Below, one piece after another: positions 1-8,951 of a stretch of 26,300 nt of DNA. The position numbers were made by a program, and so were the translations under genes. The stretch covers positions 1-26,300 of the IMG/VR virus record IMGVR_UViG_3300032227_000624. One strand, given 5' to 3'. The stretch's first letter is position 1; every line of letters begins with the position of its first letter. This DNA is from a virus. Lineage: Duplodnaviria; Caudoviricetes. The notes under the pieces are model-generated. The model searched no databases. It had not been told where the DNA came from and saw only the letters and a list, made by a program, of their open reading frames with translations.

Positions 1-14
1 ACGATGGTGCTCAT
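1..14 (-). CDS. 5' end of next tail gene (probably gpL-like minor tail protein), truncated by window edge
   Basis: ATG at 14-12 overlaps the gpM stop (ATGA); reads MSTI...; identity is from lambda synteny only. Confidence 0.45.
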
Positions 15-379
15 GGTTCAAAAACTTGCCGGAAGGTTGCTGTAATTGTACAGATGTCTGCATATTCAAATTGACGGTTCCATGAGTCAACCACAAATTT
101 GTACGATGTCGCCTCGGTGAGTGGCGTCCAATCAAATGACTCGACCCCGCCACGAGCCTCAAAAAACGCTTCGATGGCCGCTGACACCGTATTGCTTTTT
201 GCGCTCCAAGTCAGGTCCCAGACCTTGGGACTTTGATTTAGGCCAACCGTAAGGCGTTGCTCGTAGCCATCGCCAAAAGCAACCGTTCGCACCTTGGGTT
301 CGCTTTTGCGCTGTGCCCCAAAGTCTGGTGTGGTCTGCCCTGTGGCGACACCTACCGTTGCATCATTAAAAACAGCCAT
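11..379 (-). CDS. Minor tail protein, lambda gpM-like (distal tail)
   Basis: PKVRTVAFGDGYEQR..GLN and FFEARGGVESFDWTP..ATFRQVFEP motifs; directly after tape measure. Confidence 0.93.
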   Translation of the reverse strand: MAVFNDATVGVATGQTTPDFGAQRKSEPKVRTVAFGDGYEQRLTVGLNQSPKVWDLTWSAKSNTVSAAIEAFFEARGGVESFDWTPLTEATSYKFVVDSWNRQFEYADICTITATFRQVFEP

Positions 380-3300
380 TAGCGTCGTGTACCAGCCAAG
401 AGACCACCAGGGCGCTGTTGCTTCACCAATTCTGCCTGAACAGCAGCCGAAACGACAACCCCCAATTGCTTGGCCTGCGCCTGGTCGCCTTCAACGCTAG
501 TGCCACCTGCATCCACGTTGACGGTGACGTTGGTGGTGCCACCACCGGATGCGATCACGCCCAGCTTGCCGTTGGCAGCACGCTGTAGCGGCATGATGGC
601 CTCCGGTCCAGCCTCGCCCATTAAGCCGGTGCCGTTGGCAAACGGGAAGATGGTTGGCTTGTTGACCACGCCACCCATGGCAAATTTTTGAATGCCGTTC
701 TGCGCGTAAACATTTCCTACAGCATTTGTCTTAAGCTTTAGCCCAGGAAAAGCAAAATTTAAAAATTCAAACACTGCCATGCGCATAAAAATTTTGGTTA
801 GGTCAGCCAAGATTGACCGAGTAAGATCCGCAAACGAAACCTTGCCTGTCAATGCCAATTCGGCAAAGGCATCTGCAATGCCGTTGACTCCGTTGACTGC
901 AACGCTGCTCAGGCTTGTACCCAAATCAGTTGCAGACTTGTAAGCGTCTTTAAGCGATTTGACAACTTGCTCGCCAACAGTTAATTTAAAGCCAGCAGCC
1001 TTTTCAAGCGCCTCTTGTAGTTTTCTTTTTAGTTCTTCGGCATTAACCGCTCCGGTACCAAGAATTGTGGGATACTCCTCAATAATTTCTTTTAATTGAC
1101 GAGCCACGTCAAGACGCTTTTGCTCTTCCTCGCTAATGTAGCGAGATTTGTTTGCAAGATCGTCCAGCACTTGATTGTAGGATTTTTGTGTATCAAGTTG
1201 ATCCATCAACTCGGCTCCGTATCCTTTAAAAATACCTGCTATTGTTTGACGTACTTTTTTTTCTGCTTCATCAAATTCAGCTTGTTTTTTTAATGGTCCA
1301 ATTTGACCCCGTTGAAAAGCTAGCAGCGCTTGCTCGTAATCAAGATTGTATTGAAAAAACGCAGCTTGAACAAGCCGGCCATCTTCCGTTTCTTTGTTAA
1401 TTGCTTTTATAAGTCGATATTCAGTCATGGTAAGATCAATTAATTCTTTCTTGGCTTTTTTGGCTTTTTGATTTGCAGTGTCTCCGCCACCAGTTGCGCC
1501 CAACCCGCCATTGGTATTGGTTTGAGTAAACGTAAGCTCTGGCATTTTTGCCAACCCTGCCAATCCACTGGTGATTTTGTTGCTTACGTCATCAATAACC
1601 TTGCCAACGCCAGCTACAAGCGCAACGCCAGCGGTAAGGCCCAAAGCACCACCTGCCAACTTAGTGTAAGGCGTTGCGCCAGATTTAAGACCAGCAATAG
1701 TTGTTTCAATTGCTGCACGAGCAGTTGATACACCAAGCATAATTCGCTCAATTGTAAGCAAATTTCTCATTACGACCAATGCGCCTTTAAGGGCATTGGT
1801 AAATGTTGTAATGTTTGTAGCAAGAAATACGCCAGCAGTTACACCACCAAAAATAATCATTGTTTTAGTCAAGCCTGCAATTATTTGCGCCAATCCCTTT
1901 GCGCCGCCAATAGCATCAGAAAATTGCTTGCCAAGATTTGACAAAGAATCAATTGTGTCATTAATTACCTTTACTCCTTCCGCAAAGACAACTTGGAACA
2001 ATGCGCCAATTGGCAGCAACGCACTTCCTACTTTTTCTTTTAACAAGGAAAGCTCAGCTTCCAGTCTGACACCAGCAGCGGCTGGGCTTTTAAAAATTTC
2101 CTCGGCAGATTTATTGTATCTAACTGTTAATGCTTCAACGAATTTCTGGAAATCAAGTAATGTTACTTCTCCGTCCTGCAGCGCTTTGTCAAGTTGCTGT
2201 GGAGTTTTGTCAATTGATTTTGCAAACAATGTAAACGCACCTGGCAAGCGTTCACCAATCTGACCACGCAATTCTTCAGCGCTCACCTTGCCTTTGCTAA
2301 ATACCTGAGCAGTAGCAAGCAAAGCAGCGTCAAGGGATTGCAAATTGCCACCCGTGCCAAGGATACCAACAGAAATGCCCCTAAAAGCTTTTTCCGCATC
2401 TTTTACGCTGCCACCAGCACCAATAACAGAAGCAGACAACCGCGTAAAATTCTTTAAAACAATATCCTGAGGAATTGCCAGCTCCCTGCTAGTTTTGCTA
2501 ATAAATTTTAATGAATTGTTGTACTCAGTCTGAGAGCCAACAACCTGAGACAATGCTATGCGTTGCTTTTGAAGTTCAGCAGAATAAGATGCCGTACTTG
2601 CAAGAGCCTGCCTTGCAATGCCAACAGTGGCGCCACCGGCCGCGCCAATTGCTGCGCCTTGTGGGCCAGCCATTGCAAAGCCAAGTGCGCCGCCTAGGGC
2701 GCCTTCAGGGCCTCCAAAGATGCCTCCAGAAGCAATTGCCCCAGCGCCTTGAGCCAAACCTCTAGCGCCGCCATAGCGGCTTGGCGCACGCTTAGGTGCT
2801 GGTTGGGGGCCAATGGGTTGGGCATACTGTGTCCCAACATTCATGAACGGTGTTATGTAATCAGATTCTCCTATCAGCGCACCAGTGCGGGGATCTCTGG
2901 ATCCAGGGATAAGATCCAAGTTGCTTCTAATGTATTGCCCCCTTTCCTGCATCTTCTGCGCACGGCGTGCATCCCTTGCCGATTGCGCCGATGCGTCACG
3001 TTGTTGCTGGGCAATTCTGCCTGCATAGTCAGGGGGCGCCACGGGGCCAATGGGTGATCCGTATTGAGTGCCACCAGCAATGCCGCCGTACGCCCCAGTC
3101 AGTGGGTTGCGGATCAAACCGTTGTAGCTGCGTTGTGCAGCAGCAGCAGCATTGGTTGCACGGGTGATCCGATTAAATCCCTGCGTTACAGCGTTTTGCT
3201 TGCCTTGCAGCGCCCCAAGCTCACCATCAAGTTGCTTGATCTCAAGCGTCAGCTCGTTAAACGTTGTGCTGCCAATCTCAGCAGATTGACGCAAGGCGTC

Positions 3301-3507
3301 TAGGCCAGCGCGATAATTTTTGAGGTTGTTGACAGAGCGAAGTGACTCAGCACCCAACTCCTTAAACATTCCACGCAACTTGCCCAGATCATTGCTGGCA
3401 GCTTTTGATTCGGTAGCAAAATTTCTTACCGCAGATCGTGCGCGATTCAATCCCTCCAGGTTTTCAACCTGGGCTCTGATGCGGAGGATTGTCGCTTCGT
3501 TGGACAT
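379..3507 (-). CDS. Tail tape measure protein (about 1042 aa)
   Basis: Long Ala/Gly-rich helical protein with QVFSKGKVSAEELRGQIGERLPGA tape-measure motif and C-terminal MGEAGPEAIMPL. Start moved to ATG 3507, which overlaps the upstream TAA (TAATG). Confidence 0.95.
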   Translation of the reverse strand: MSNEATILRIRAQVENLEGLNRARSAVRNFATESKAASNDLGKLRGMFKELGAESLRSVNNLKNYRAGLDALRQSAEIGSTTFNELTLEIKQLDGELGALQGKQNAVTQGFNRITRATNAAAAAQRSYNGLIRNPLTGAYGGIAGGTQYGSPIGPVAPPDYAGRIAQQQRDASAQSARDARRAQKMQERGQYIRSNLDLIPGSRDPRTGALIGESDYITPFMNVGTQYAQPIGPQPAPKRAPSRYGGARGLAQGAGAIASGGIFGGPEGALGGALGFAMAGPQGAAIGAAGGATVGIARQALASTASYSAELQKQRIALSQVVGSQTEYNNSLKFISKTSRELAIPQDIVLKNFTRLSASVIGAGGSVKDAEKAFRGISVGILGTGGNLQSLDAALLATAQVFSKGKVSAEELRGQIGERLPGAFTLFAKSIDKTPQQLDKALQDGEVTLLDFQKFVEALTVRYNKSAEEIFKSPAAAGVRLEAELSLLKEKVGSALLPIGALFQVVFAEGVKVINDTIDSLSNLGKQFSDAIGGAKGLAQIIAGLTKTMIIFGGVTAGVFLATNITTFTNALKGALVVMRNLLTIERIMLGVSTARAAIETTIAGLKSGATPYTKLAGGALGLTAGVALVAGVGKVIDDVSNKITSGLAGLAKMPELTFTQTNTNGGLGATGGGDTANQKAKKAKKELIDLTMTEYRLIKAINKETEDGRLVQAAFFQYNLDYEQALLAFQRGQIGPLKKQAEFDEAEKKVRQTIAGIFKGYGAELMDQLDTQKSYNQVLDDLANKSRYISEEEQKRLDVARQLKEIIEEYPTILGTGAVNAEELKRKLQEALEKAAGFKLTVGEQVVKSLKDAYKSATDLGTSLSSVAVNGVNGIADAFAELALTGKVSFADLTRSILADLTKIFMRMAVFEFLNFAFPGLKLKTNAVGNVYAQNGIQKFAMGGVVNKPTIFPFANGTGLMGEAGPEAIMPLQRAANGKLGVIASGGGTTNVTVNVDAGGTSVEGDQAQAKQLGVVVSAAVQAELVKQQRPGGLLAGTRR

Positions 3508-3857
3508 TACTTCCCGTTCTGGCTGTTCATTTGGCTGAGAGCGGCGCACTCCATAATTTGGATGCCCTCAAAAATCCTGACCGGATCTGCCACTTCGTAC
3601 AGTCTACAGATCCATTCCAGCGAGCTGTAATTGAGACCCATGGGACCAGCCATGCTTACGTTCCATTGGGTTCGCATCCGCAAAAATACGCCAACGATTT
3701 CCCAGTTTTCTTCCCATACTTCAAAGCGCTGCTCAGCTGGTGAAAGCTCAGCAGCGGCAATGTCAGCAGGAGAAAGACCCAGCGCAGCCAGGTCACTCTC
3801 ACGTTCGTCTACAACGCCGCCCTTAGCCCAATACTGAGCAGCGGCTTCTAGTTTTTT
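3507..3857 (-). CDS. Tail assembly chaperone T segment (DUF1799-like), reached by -1 frameshift; absent from ORF track
   Basis: Open -1 frame KLEAAAQYWAKGG..FEVWEENWEIVGVFLRMRTQW..GPMGLNY..FEGIQIMECAALSQMN, ending at TAA 3509-3507. Confidence 0.88.
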   Translation of the reverse strand, partial: KKLEAAAQYWAKGGVVDERESDLAALGLSPADIAAAELSPAEQRFEVWEENWEIVGVFLRMRTQWNVSMAGPMGLNYSSLEWICRLYEVADPVRIFEGIQIMECAALSQMNSQNGK

Positions 3858-4174
3858 GCAGTACCGCCGCTGAGGCTGTCAGCGTAGGCTGTGATCAACG
3901 CACGCACCACGTAGGGATCGTCGCAAATCTCTTTTTGTGACTTAGCAGTAAAAGGAATTTCCTTACCTGCCTCGTCAAAAATGCCCTCCCAGCCTTCAAG
4001 GATACCCTCGATCAAAGCATCGTCACCCTTGTCAACCAAGTCGTTGAAACTTGATCGACTCATCTTGCGAAAGATTGCATCAAACGTAGTCTTTTCAAAC
4101 TTGCCGCCATCGATGGGTGTTTCCACCGCGACGGGCCATTTGTAAGATGCAACCTTTTTGAGAACGAATGCCAT
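3848..4174 (-). CDS. Tail assembly chaperone (gpG-like)
   Basis: 108 aa between tail tube and tape measure; ends ..AKN* on a slippery heptamer. Confidence 0.88.
   Translation of the reverse strand: MAFVLKKVASYKWPVAVETPIDGGKFEKTTFDAIFRKMSRSSFNDLVDKGDDALIEGILEGWEGIFDEAGKEIPFTAKSQKEICDDPYVVRALITAYADSLSGGTAKN
3851..3857 (-). other. -1 ribosomal frameshift site A AAA AAC
   Basis: GCA AAA AAC TAG fits X XXY YYZ just before the G stop; the -1 frame stays open to the tape measure start. Confidence 0.85.
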
Positions 4175-4180
4175 GCAGAA

Positions 4181-5122
4181 TCAGGTGAAAACTAGGCTCA
4201 CCTCATTATTGCCTGCTGTGGTGGGAAGTGCCAAGTACGGCATGGACAGCGAGACAACGCCGTTGGTGTCGCCGTAGCTGCAACCAGTGATGTCGGTTTG
4301 GGGTGCGTTCAACGTGACAATGTTGCCAGCAACAGTGCCAAGCACAATGCTGGTTGCTGCGGTTGCAGGAGCAACGGCCTTGGCAAAGAAATCAGTGGTG
4401 CCAACGGCAGGCGCTTCGACCACTGCTGTGCCACCAGCGGCACGGTCAGTAATCAGCACTTCTTGGCTGGAACCGGTTTCCTTGTAAAGAAGTGTGTTGT
4501 TCAGAGCCAGGTCAATGCTTTCAAGGCGAGTGCTTGTAACGCCGTGGAATGTGCAGGTGGTGACGTTGGTGTCGTTGACTTCCAGTGCAGCAGCTTGGTT
4601 GGCAACCGTAAAGCTGCCACTAATAGCTGTGCCATCAGGAGCGTTGTAGATCCCGATGAACTGGAAGCTGGCGGTGGGAAACTGCCCAGCCGTCATGTTG
4701 AAAGTCACCGTGCCACGGGCACCAGTGATCTTGTGGCGAGTGCCGTCGTAGAAGCAGTACAAGGAAGCACTAGAGAAGCTGGAGCTGACGCCTGCGTAGG
4801 TAACAGATGTGCTGCTTACAACCACTTCGCTCATGCCAGCAGCTTGAAGCAGCGGACCAAAAGCAGGTGCAGTGCCAGCCGTTCCAGAACCACCCAGTTC
4901 AACTTCAAAAGTTACCGAAACCCGCTTGTTGGCAACCAACGTTCCACGGGTGCTGTTACCAATGAAGCCTTGGTATGACGCCGCCTGAACGTTGTCTGAC
5001 TCGATAGGAGTCACCTCAAGATTGGTGACCTGAATGGCATTGCTACCACCAACAGGAAGTGAATCCGTCCCGTAGGTAGCCTCAATCTTCGCGAGCAGAA
5101 ACTTCTTCCGTGTCAGAGCCAT
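4181..5122 (-). CDS. Major tail tube protein
   Basis: 313 aa Thr/Ser/Gly-rich beta protein (LAKIEATYGTD, GSGTAGTAPAFGPLL, HKITGARG); position before the chaperones. Confidence 0.88.
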   Translation of the reverse strand: MALTRKKFLLAKIEATYGTDSLPVGGSNAIQVTNLEVTPIESDNVQAASYQGFIGNSTRGTLVANKRVSVTFEVELGGSGTAGTAPAFGPLLQAAGMSEVVVSSTSVTYAGVSSSFSSASLYCFYDGTRHKITGARGTVTFNMTAGQFPTASFQFIGIYNAPDGTAISGSFTVANQAAALEVNDTNVTTCTFHGVTSTRLESIDLALNNTLLYKETGSSQEVLITDRAAGGTAVVEAPAVGTTDFFAKAVAPATAATSIVLGTVAGNIVTLNAPQTDITGCSYGDTNGVVSLSMPYLALPTTAGNNEVSLVFT

Positions 5123-5234
5123 TGTTCTGTAAAGCAGGAGTGGTTGTAGTCAGTGTAAGCTTCCCAGTCTTAGGGTCGTACAGATAGCTGCCGCCCACTC
5201 CAGGATTAGGGATTTCCTTCTCAATCTTAGCCAT
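5082..5234 (-). CDS. Small hypothetical protein (50 aa), below ORF-track cutoff
   Basis: MAKIEKEIPNPGVGGSYLYDPKTGKLTL..ARED*; starts 4 nt after the upstream stop and fills the gap before the tail tube gene. Confidence 0.7.
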   Translation of the reverse strand: MAKIEKEIPNPGVGGSYLYDPKTGKLTLTTTTPALQNNGSDTEEVSARED

Positions 5235-5238
5235 GGTG

Positions 5239-5664
5239 CTAGGCCGAAGTTAGGTTGGTGCGACTTGTGCGGTATCGCACCAAGAAGTCTTGCGTAATCA
5301 TACCGACAGGAATATCAGCTTCGTACATTGCAAAGTCTGTGCGGTCGGGCAGCAGGTCAAGCGCGTAGCCATTCAACGTCTGATCAGCCATCAGCAATGC
5401 GTGAACTTGCTGGGAGTATGTGTCTGAAGTGTCGTCTGGCGTTGCGGCCCGGACAAAGGTGGTGACCCGCACCCGCATCGTCCAGTCAAGCTTGTCGTAA
5501 AAGCTAGTGCCAATCGGGTTGTCGTTGACCGGCTCGACAATGACAGCAGGCACTTCAGAGCGCGACAGCGGCTCCACACGGCTGCGGTAAACCGTTGCCC
5601 CAGTAATTGCGTCAAGGTTGGTCTTGATGCGGCTCAGGATCAATTCGCGGCGGGTGTCAGCCAT
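5239..5664 (-). CDS. Tail terminator/completion protein (gpU-like)
   Basis: TRRELIL..VYRSRVEPL..PAV..VHALLMAD..LNG..VRYRT pattern; upstream of tail tube. Confidence 0.75.
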   Translation of the reverse strand: MADTRRELILSRIKTNLDAITGATVYRSRVEPLSRSEVPAVIVEPVNDNPIGTSFYDKLDWTMRVRVTTFVRAATPDDTSDTYSQQVHALLMADQTLNGYALDLLPDRTDFAMYEADIPVGMITQDFLVRYRTSRTNLTSA

Positions 5665-5942
5665 TACGTTTTCTGCAATGCAATCTGAACAAACGCCCCG
5701 TCATCAATCAACATTGTCTCCCGAACAGTAAAAGCAGTCCCGCCCACAGTGATTGAACCACCGCGAACGAGACTGCCAAAATCTGAAGATCTAGCTGTCA
5801 GCGTGTAGTCGGTCGTTAAAACCATCCCATCGCTGATTACCTGGCTGGGAGTATCCAGAATTCCAGATGCCGTAACGGCGCCAGCCACGCAGGTGACGCC
5901 AAAATCGGCAAGGAACATCCCTAGATCTTCAGTTAACGCCAT
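5664..5942 (-). CDS. Head-tail joining protein (gpFII-like head closure)
   Basis: 92 aa, FLADFG..GILD..G..ITV.G..F.V..DDG; synteny. Confidence 0.75.
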   Translation of the reverse strand: MALTEDLGMFLADFGVTCVAGAVTASGILDTPSQVISDGMVLTTDYTLTARSSDFGSLVRGGSITVGGTAFTVRETMLIDDGAFVQIALQKT

Positions 5943-5947
5943 GGCGA

Positions 5948-6328
5948 TTAGCCGTACTTGGCAGAAGCCAGACCTTGAACAGACAGAGCGCCTGTACCAG
6001 TACCACCAGCAACAGTCAGCGAAACTTTGACGAAACGCTTAATGTCGGTGACATTGACATACAGCTTCTGGCGAGAAGCAGTGTTGGCGGTTGTGGTCGT
6101 AAAAGCACCGCCGGTGACGTCGGTGTAGGTACCACCAGAAGTGTCAGAGCTGGTCAGCTTGACAGCAAAGGTGATGCTGGCGCCACCGGCAGCAGCGTCA
6201 AGAAGAACGACCATGTCGCCTTCGTAGCCTTGCAAATCAATGGCGCTACCAGTGGTGGTAGAAGCACCAACGGCAGTAGGGAACAGAGCGATTTGGGTTG
6301 TTTTAGTCCCAAGGTTAAGGACGGTCAT
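5948..6328 (-). CDS. Putative capsid decoration/virion structural protein
   Basis: Thr/Gly-rich beta protein (TGSAIDLQGYE..SDTSGGTYTDV..KRFVKV) two genes downstream of capsid. Confidence 0.65.
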   Translation of the reverse strand: MTVLNLGTKTTQIALFPTAVGASTTTGSAIDLQGYEGDMVVLLDAAAGGASITFAVKLTSSDTSGGTYTDVTGGAFTTTTANTASRQKLYVNVTDIKRFVKVSLTVAGGTGTGALSVQGLASAKYG

Positions 6329-6516
6329 TGTGGTTTCCTCCGTTTGGAAGGTGTAGGTGTGGTCTTAACTAGCTCTTTAACCGGAGCCTCGGTAATTTGT
6401 TCAGCCTTACCAATACCAATCAGAAGTCTGGCGTCGTCAGGGGATGCCTCAATGACATCCCCCATACGAACCACGCAACCGCCGGCGATTGTTTGCCTAA
6501 GGATGCGAATCTTCAT
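6325..6516 (-). CDS. Small head-module hypothetical protein
   Basis: 63 aa, GDVIEA..DARLLIGIGKA with a basic tail; tightly coupled to capsid and next gene. Confidence 0.75.
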   Translation of the reverse strand: MKIRILRQTIAGGCVVRMGDVIEASPDDARLLIGIGKAEQITEAPVKELVKTTPTPSKRRKPQ

Positions 6517-6518
6517 GA

Positions 6519-8951
6519 TCAGAGAGTGTTGTTACCACGGCTGAAGGATTCAGGATGACGGATGGCCACGTCAACATCCTGCATTGCAACCACGCGAACG
6601 GTGCCGCTGGTGCTGTTGGTGTAAGGGTCCACCATGATGTCCAGACCGGACCAGTAACCAATCAGCAGGTCTGCAAAATTGCCGAACCAAAGATCGCCAG
6701 AAGCAACTTGATTGGACAGCACACCGCGATAACCGTTGACTTCACCGCCTTCCATCAGGAAGATGCCGGAGCCGGCATCCTTCTTGGTGGTCTTCAGATT
6801 GCCGCGCATTGCAGCGTTCATCAGATAAACAGGTGAACCCAGCAAGGCGTTGGCAGTAGCCACGTCGGATTCCATGGCAACCACTTCTGCAAAAGTGGGA
6901 GCATCAGCGGCGAAGTCTTCAGTGCCGATTCCGGTGGTGTTCTTCAGACCTAAAGGCTCACTGTTGGAACCAGTGCCGTAAAGACCAGCGGCGTCAATTT
7001 TCAAACCAAGGACGGCAGCAAGATCACGGCGAACCATGTTCTCGATGTCGATCGAAGACTGAAGCATCAGGCGGCGGCTGTAATCAGTAAAAGCAGCAAC
7101 CGTCTTGGGAGTCAGGCTGACCTGATCCACGGTCTGCTGGCTCTCGGTAGGAGCGCCAGACTCGGCAACCCAGTAAGCGGTAGCAGCACCTGATTGACGG
7201 GGAATTGCAACGTTGCCCACCAGGCCGGTCAGCACGGTGGCGCCAGCCTGATCAAGGGCAGAAGCGTTGCGAAGCAGGTCAATAAAGGAAGCAGAGTCCA
7301 GTTCGGTAGCGACCAGGTTGCCACCGGCGGTAGCTACGCCAACGCTCAGGTCGCGGCGAAGCACTTCCTGGGGAATGGTGATGCCACGGCTTTGACGGCC
7401 AAGCTTGGCGGCAGCAGCTTCGGAAGCTTCAATTTCAAAGCCAGCAGCTTCACGCGCTTGGCGATCAGCAGGGTTGGCCAGGTAGTTGATGGCGCGAAGG
7501 AAAGAGAAAGACCGGGTCTCCTCTTTGGAAAGGCCGATGTCGGCGACTGTGGTGTCCACAGGCTGGGCGGGAGTGCTCATTTTTTCAAGAAGTGCAGTGC
7601 GCAGCTCATCAAGACCACGGGAATTCGCAATGAACTCCTGGGCCATGTCGCTGTTGTTGGTGCGATTGCCTAAAGCAATCATTTCGGAAAGCTCCTTTGC
7701 CTTGGCCTGTGCGGCCTCAGCGCGGATCGCCTCCATGTCGAAGGTGGGTTCCACGGGTTTTGACTCCGAGAGAGGTGAATTGGTCACGGCTGAGGCCGTA
7801 GTTGAACTCTCACTAATAGTAAGAGTTCGACCTATGCCTACTGATTGATCAGCAGGCACGGTCACCAGCGAGATTTCAAACGGTTGGTATGACGTAGCGC
7901 GGTACGTGATTGGGTCAGTGCTGTTGTCTGTTTCCATCGAGTTAATTCTGTATCCAAAGCTGACATTCCGGAGAATGCCGTCTTTGATTAATTCCTGCAT
8001 CTCACGACCAAGGTCGTTGTTGGCCATCTTGACCTTGGCATAGCCGCGTTTGTCTTTGATGTAGGCACGCTCGACAACGCCAACGATCCGATCAGGATCA
8101 TGTTGGAACAGCAGCGGGGCGCCATCGTTCAGGCGGCTGAGGTCCATGGCGCTCTCATCCATGCTCAGCACTTCCATGCCGAAATAACGCTCGACAGGTG
8201 CTTCGGATGCAAAAGGAAACTCAATCGTGCGCTCTTCACCAGCAGCACGAAAATCAGTCATCAGCGCACGCTGGAAAGATTCGCCCTGAATTTTGCGCAC
8301 TTCCTCTTCGGATCGTTCAATGGTTGCAGCTTCAAAACTGATCGCATTGAAATCATGGTCAGTCAACCATTTGCGCGCTTCGGCAGGAGAAAACCGATCC
8401 GCGTCAAAACGAATGGCTTGGATTTCAGACGTGCCATCTTTAATGCCGTAAATAAAATCAACACCTTCGCCGCCTTCATTGTTTACGCGACGAATTGAGT
8501 CGTACTGCTCAGGTTCTTTCAAACGAGCGGCGTGCTCATTGGGATATGGACGCTCTTCAACAGTTGGCTCCATAGATCGCTCCTGTGCTTTTTTGATGGC
8601 AGATGATTTCATGGCGCTCCACGATTGTCCGGCGTCGCCGCCCCATGCCGCCCATGCTACCCGGCCAGGGGAGGGATAGCTGTCACCATTACTAAATCCC
8701 TCGCCTTGTTTATCAACTTCGTGGCGAGCAAACCATGCGTTCATTTCGATTGCAACGGCAGGCGACAACTCTTTGCCAGACAAGATTTGGTTTGCGCGAC
8801 TAGCGGCAACATCCGTGCCGCCTGGTCTGCCATCCGCTTTCCAATCTTTGTAGCGCTGCGCCTCAGTCCTCATGCCCTCAGTTGGCATCAGGTTAATTTC
8901 GCTATCACCTACCTTTGCGCGTTTGGCGAGCTCTCGAAAATACCTGCTCAT
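6519..8951 (-). CDS. Fused prohead protease-scaffold-major capsid protein (HK97 fold) with two extra N-terminal domains
   Basis: HK97-type protease motifs LLFQHD, RNVSFGY, EISLVTVPAD; capsid motifs AGGNLV, IPRQSG..AYWVAE, LTPKT, FGNFADL, RHPESF. Confidence 0.94.
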   Translation of the reverse strand: MSRYFRELAKRAKVGDSEINLMPTEGMRTEAQRYKDWKADGRPGGTDVAASRANQILSGKELSPAVAIEMNAWFARHEVDKQGEGFSNGDSYPSPGRVAWAAWGGDAGQSWSAMKSSAIKKAQERSMEPTVEERPYPNEHAARLKEPEQYDSIRRVNNEGGEGVDFIYGIKDGTSEIQAIRFDADRFSPAEARKWLTDHDFNAISFEAATIERSEEEVRKIQGESFQRALMTDFRAAGEERTIEFPFASEAPVERYFGMEVLSMDESAMDLSRLNDGAPLLFQHDPDRIVGVVERAYIKDKRGYAKVKMANNDLGREMQELIKDGILRNVSFGYRINSMETDNSTDPITYRATSYQPFEISLVTVPADQSVGIGRTLTISESSTTASAVTNSPLSESKPVEPTFDMEAIRAEAAQAKAKELSEMIALGNRTNNSDMAQEFIANSRGLDELRTALLEKMSTPAQPVDTTVADIGLSKEETRSFSFLRAINYLANPADRQAREAAGFEIEASEAAAAKLGRQSRGITIPQEVLRRDLSVGVATAGGNLVATELDSASFIDLLRNASALDQAGATVLTGLVGNVAIPRQSGAATAYWVAESGAPTESQQTVDQVSLTPKTVAAFTDYSRRLMLQSSIDIENMVRRDLAAVLGLKIDAAGLYGTGSNSEPLGLKNTTGIGTEDFAADAPTFAEVVAMESDVATANALLGSPVYLMNAAMRGNLKTTKKDAGSGIFLMEGGEVNGYRGVLSNQVASGDLWFGNFADLLIGYWSGLDIMVDPYTNSTSGTVRVVAMQDVDVAIRHPESFSRGNNTL

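Noticed and set aside
3508-3549. Extended tape measure start at 3549
   Set aside because: Overlaps the T-chaperone frame; ATG 3507 shows TAATG coupling.
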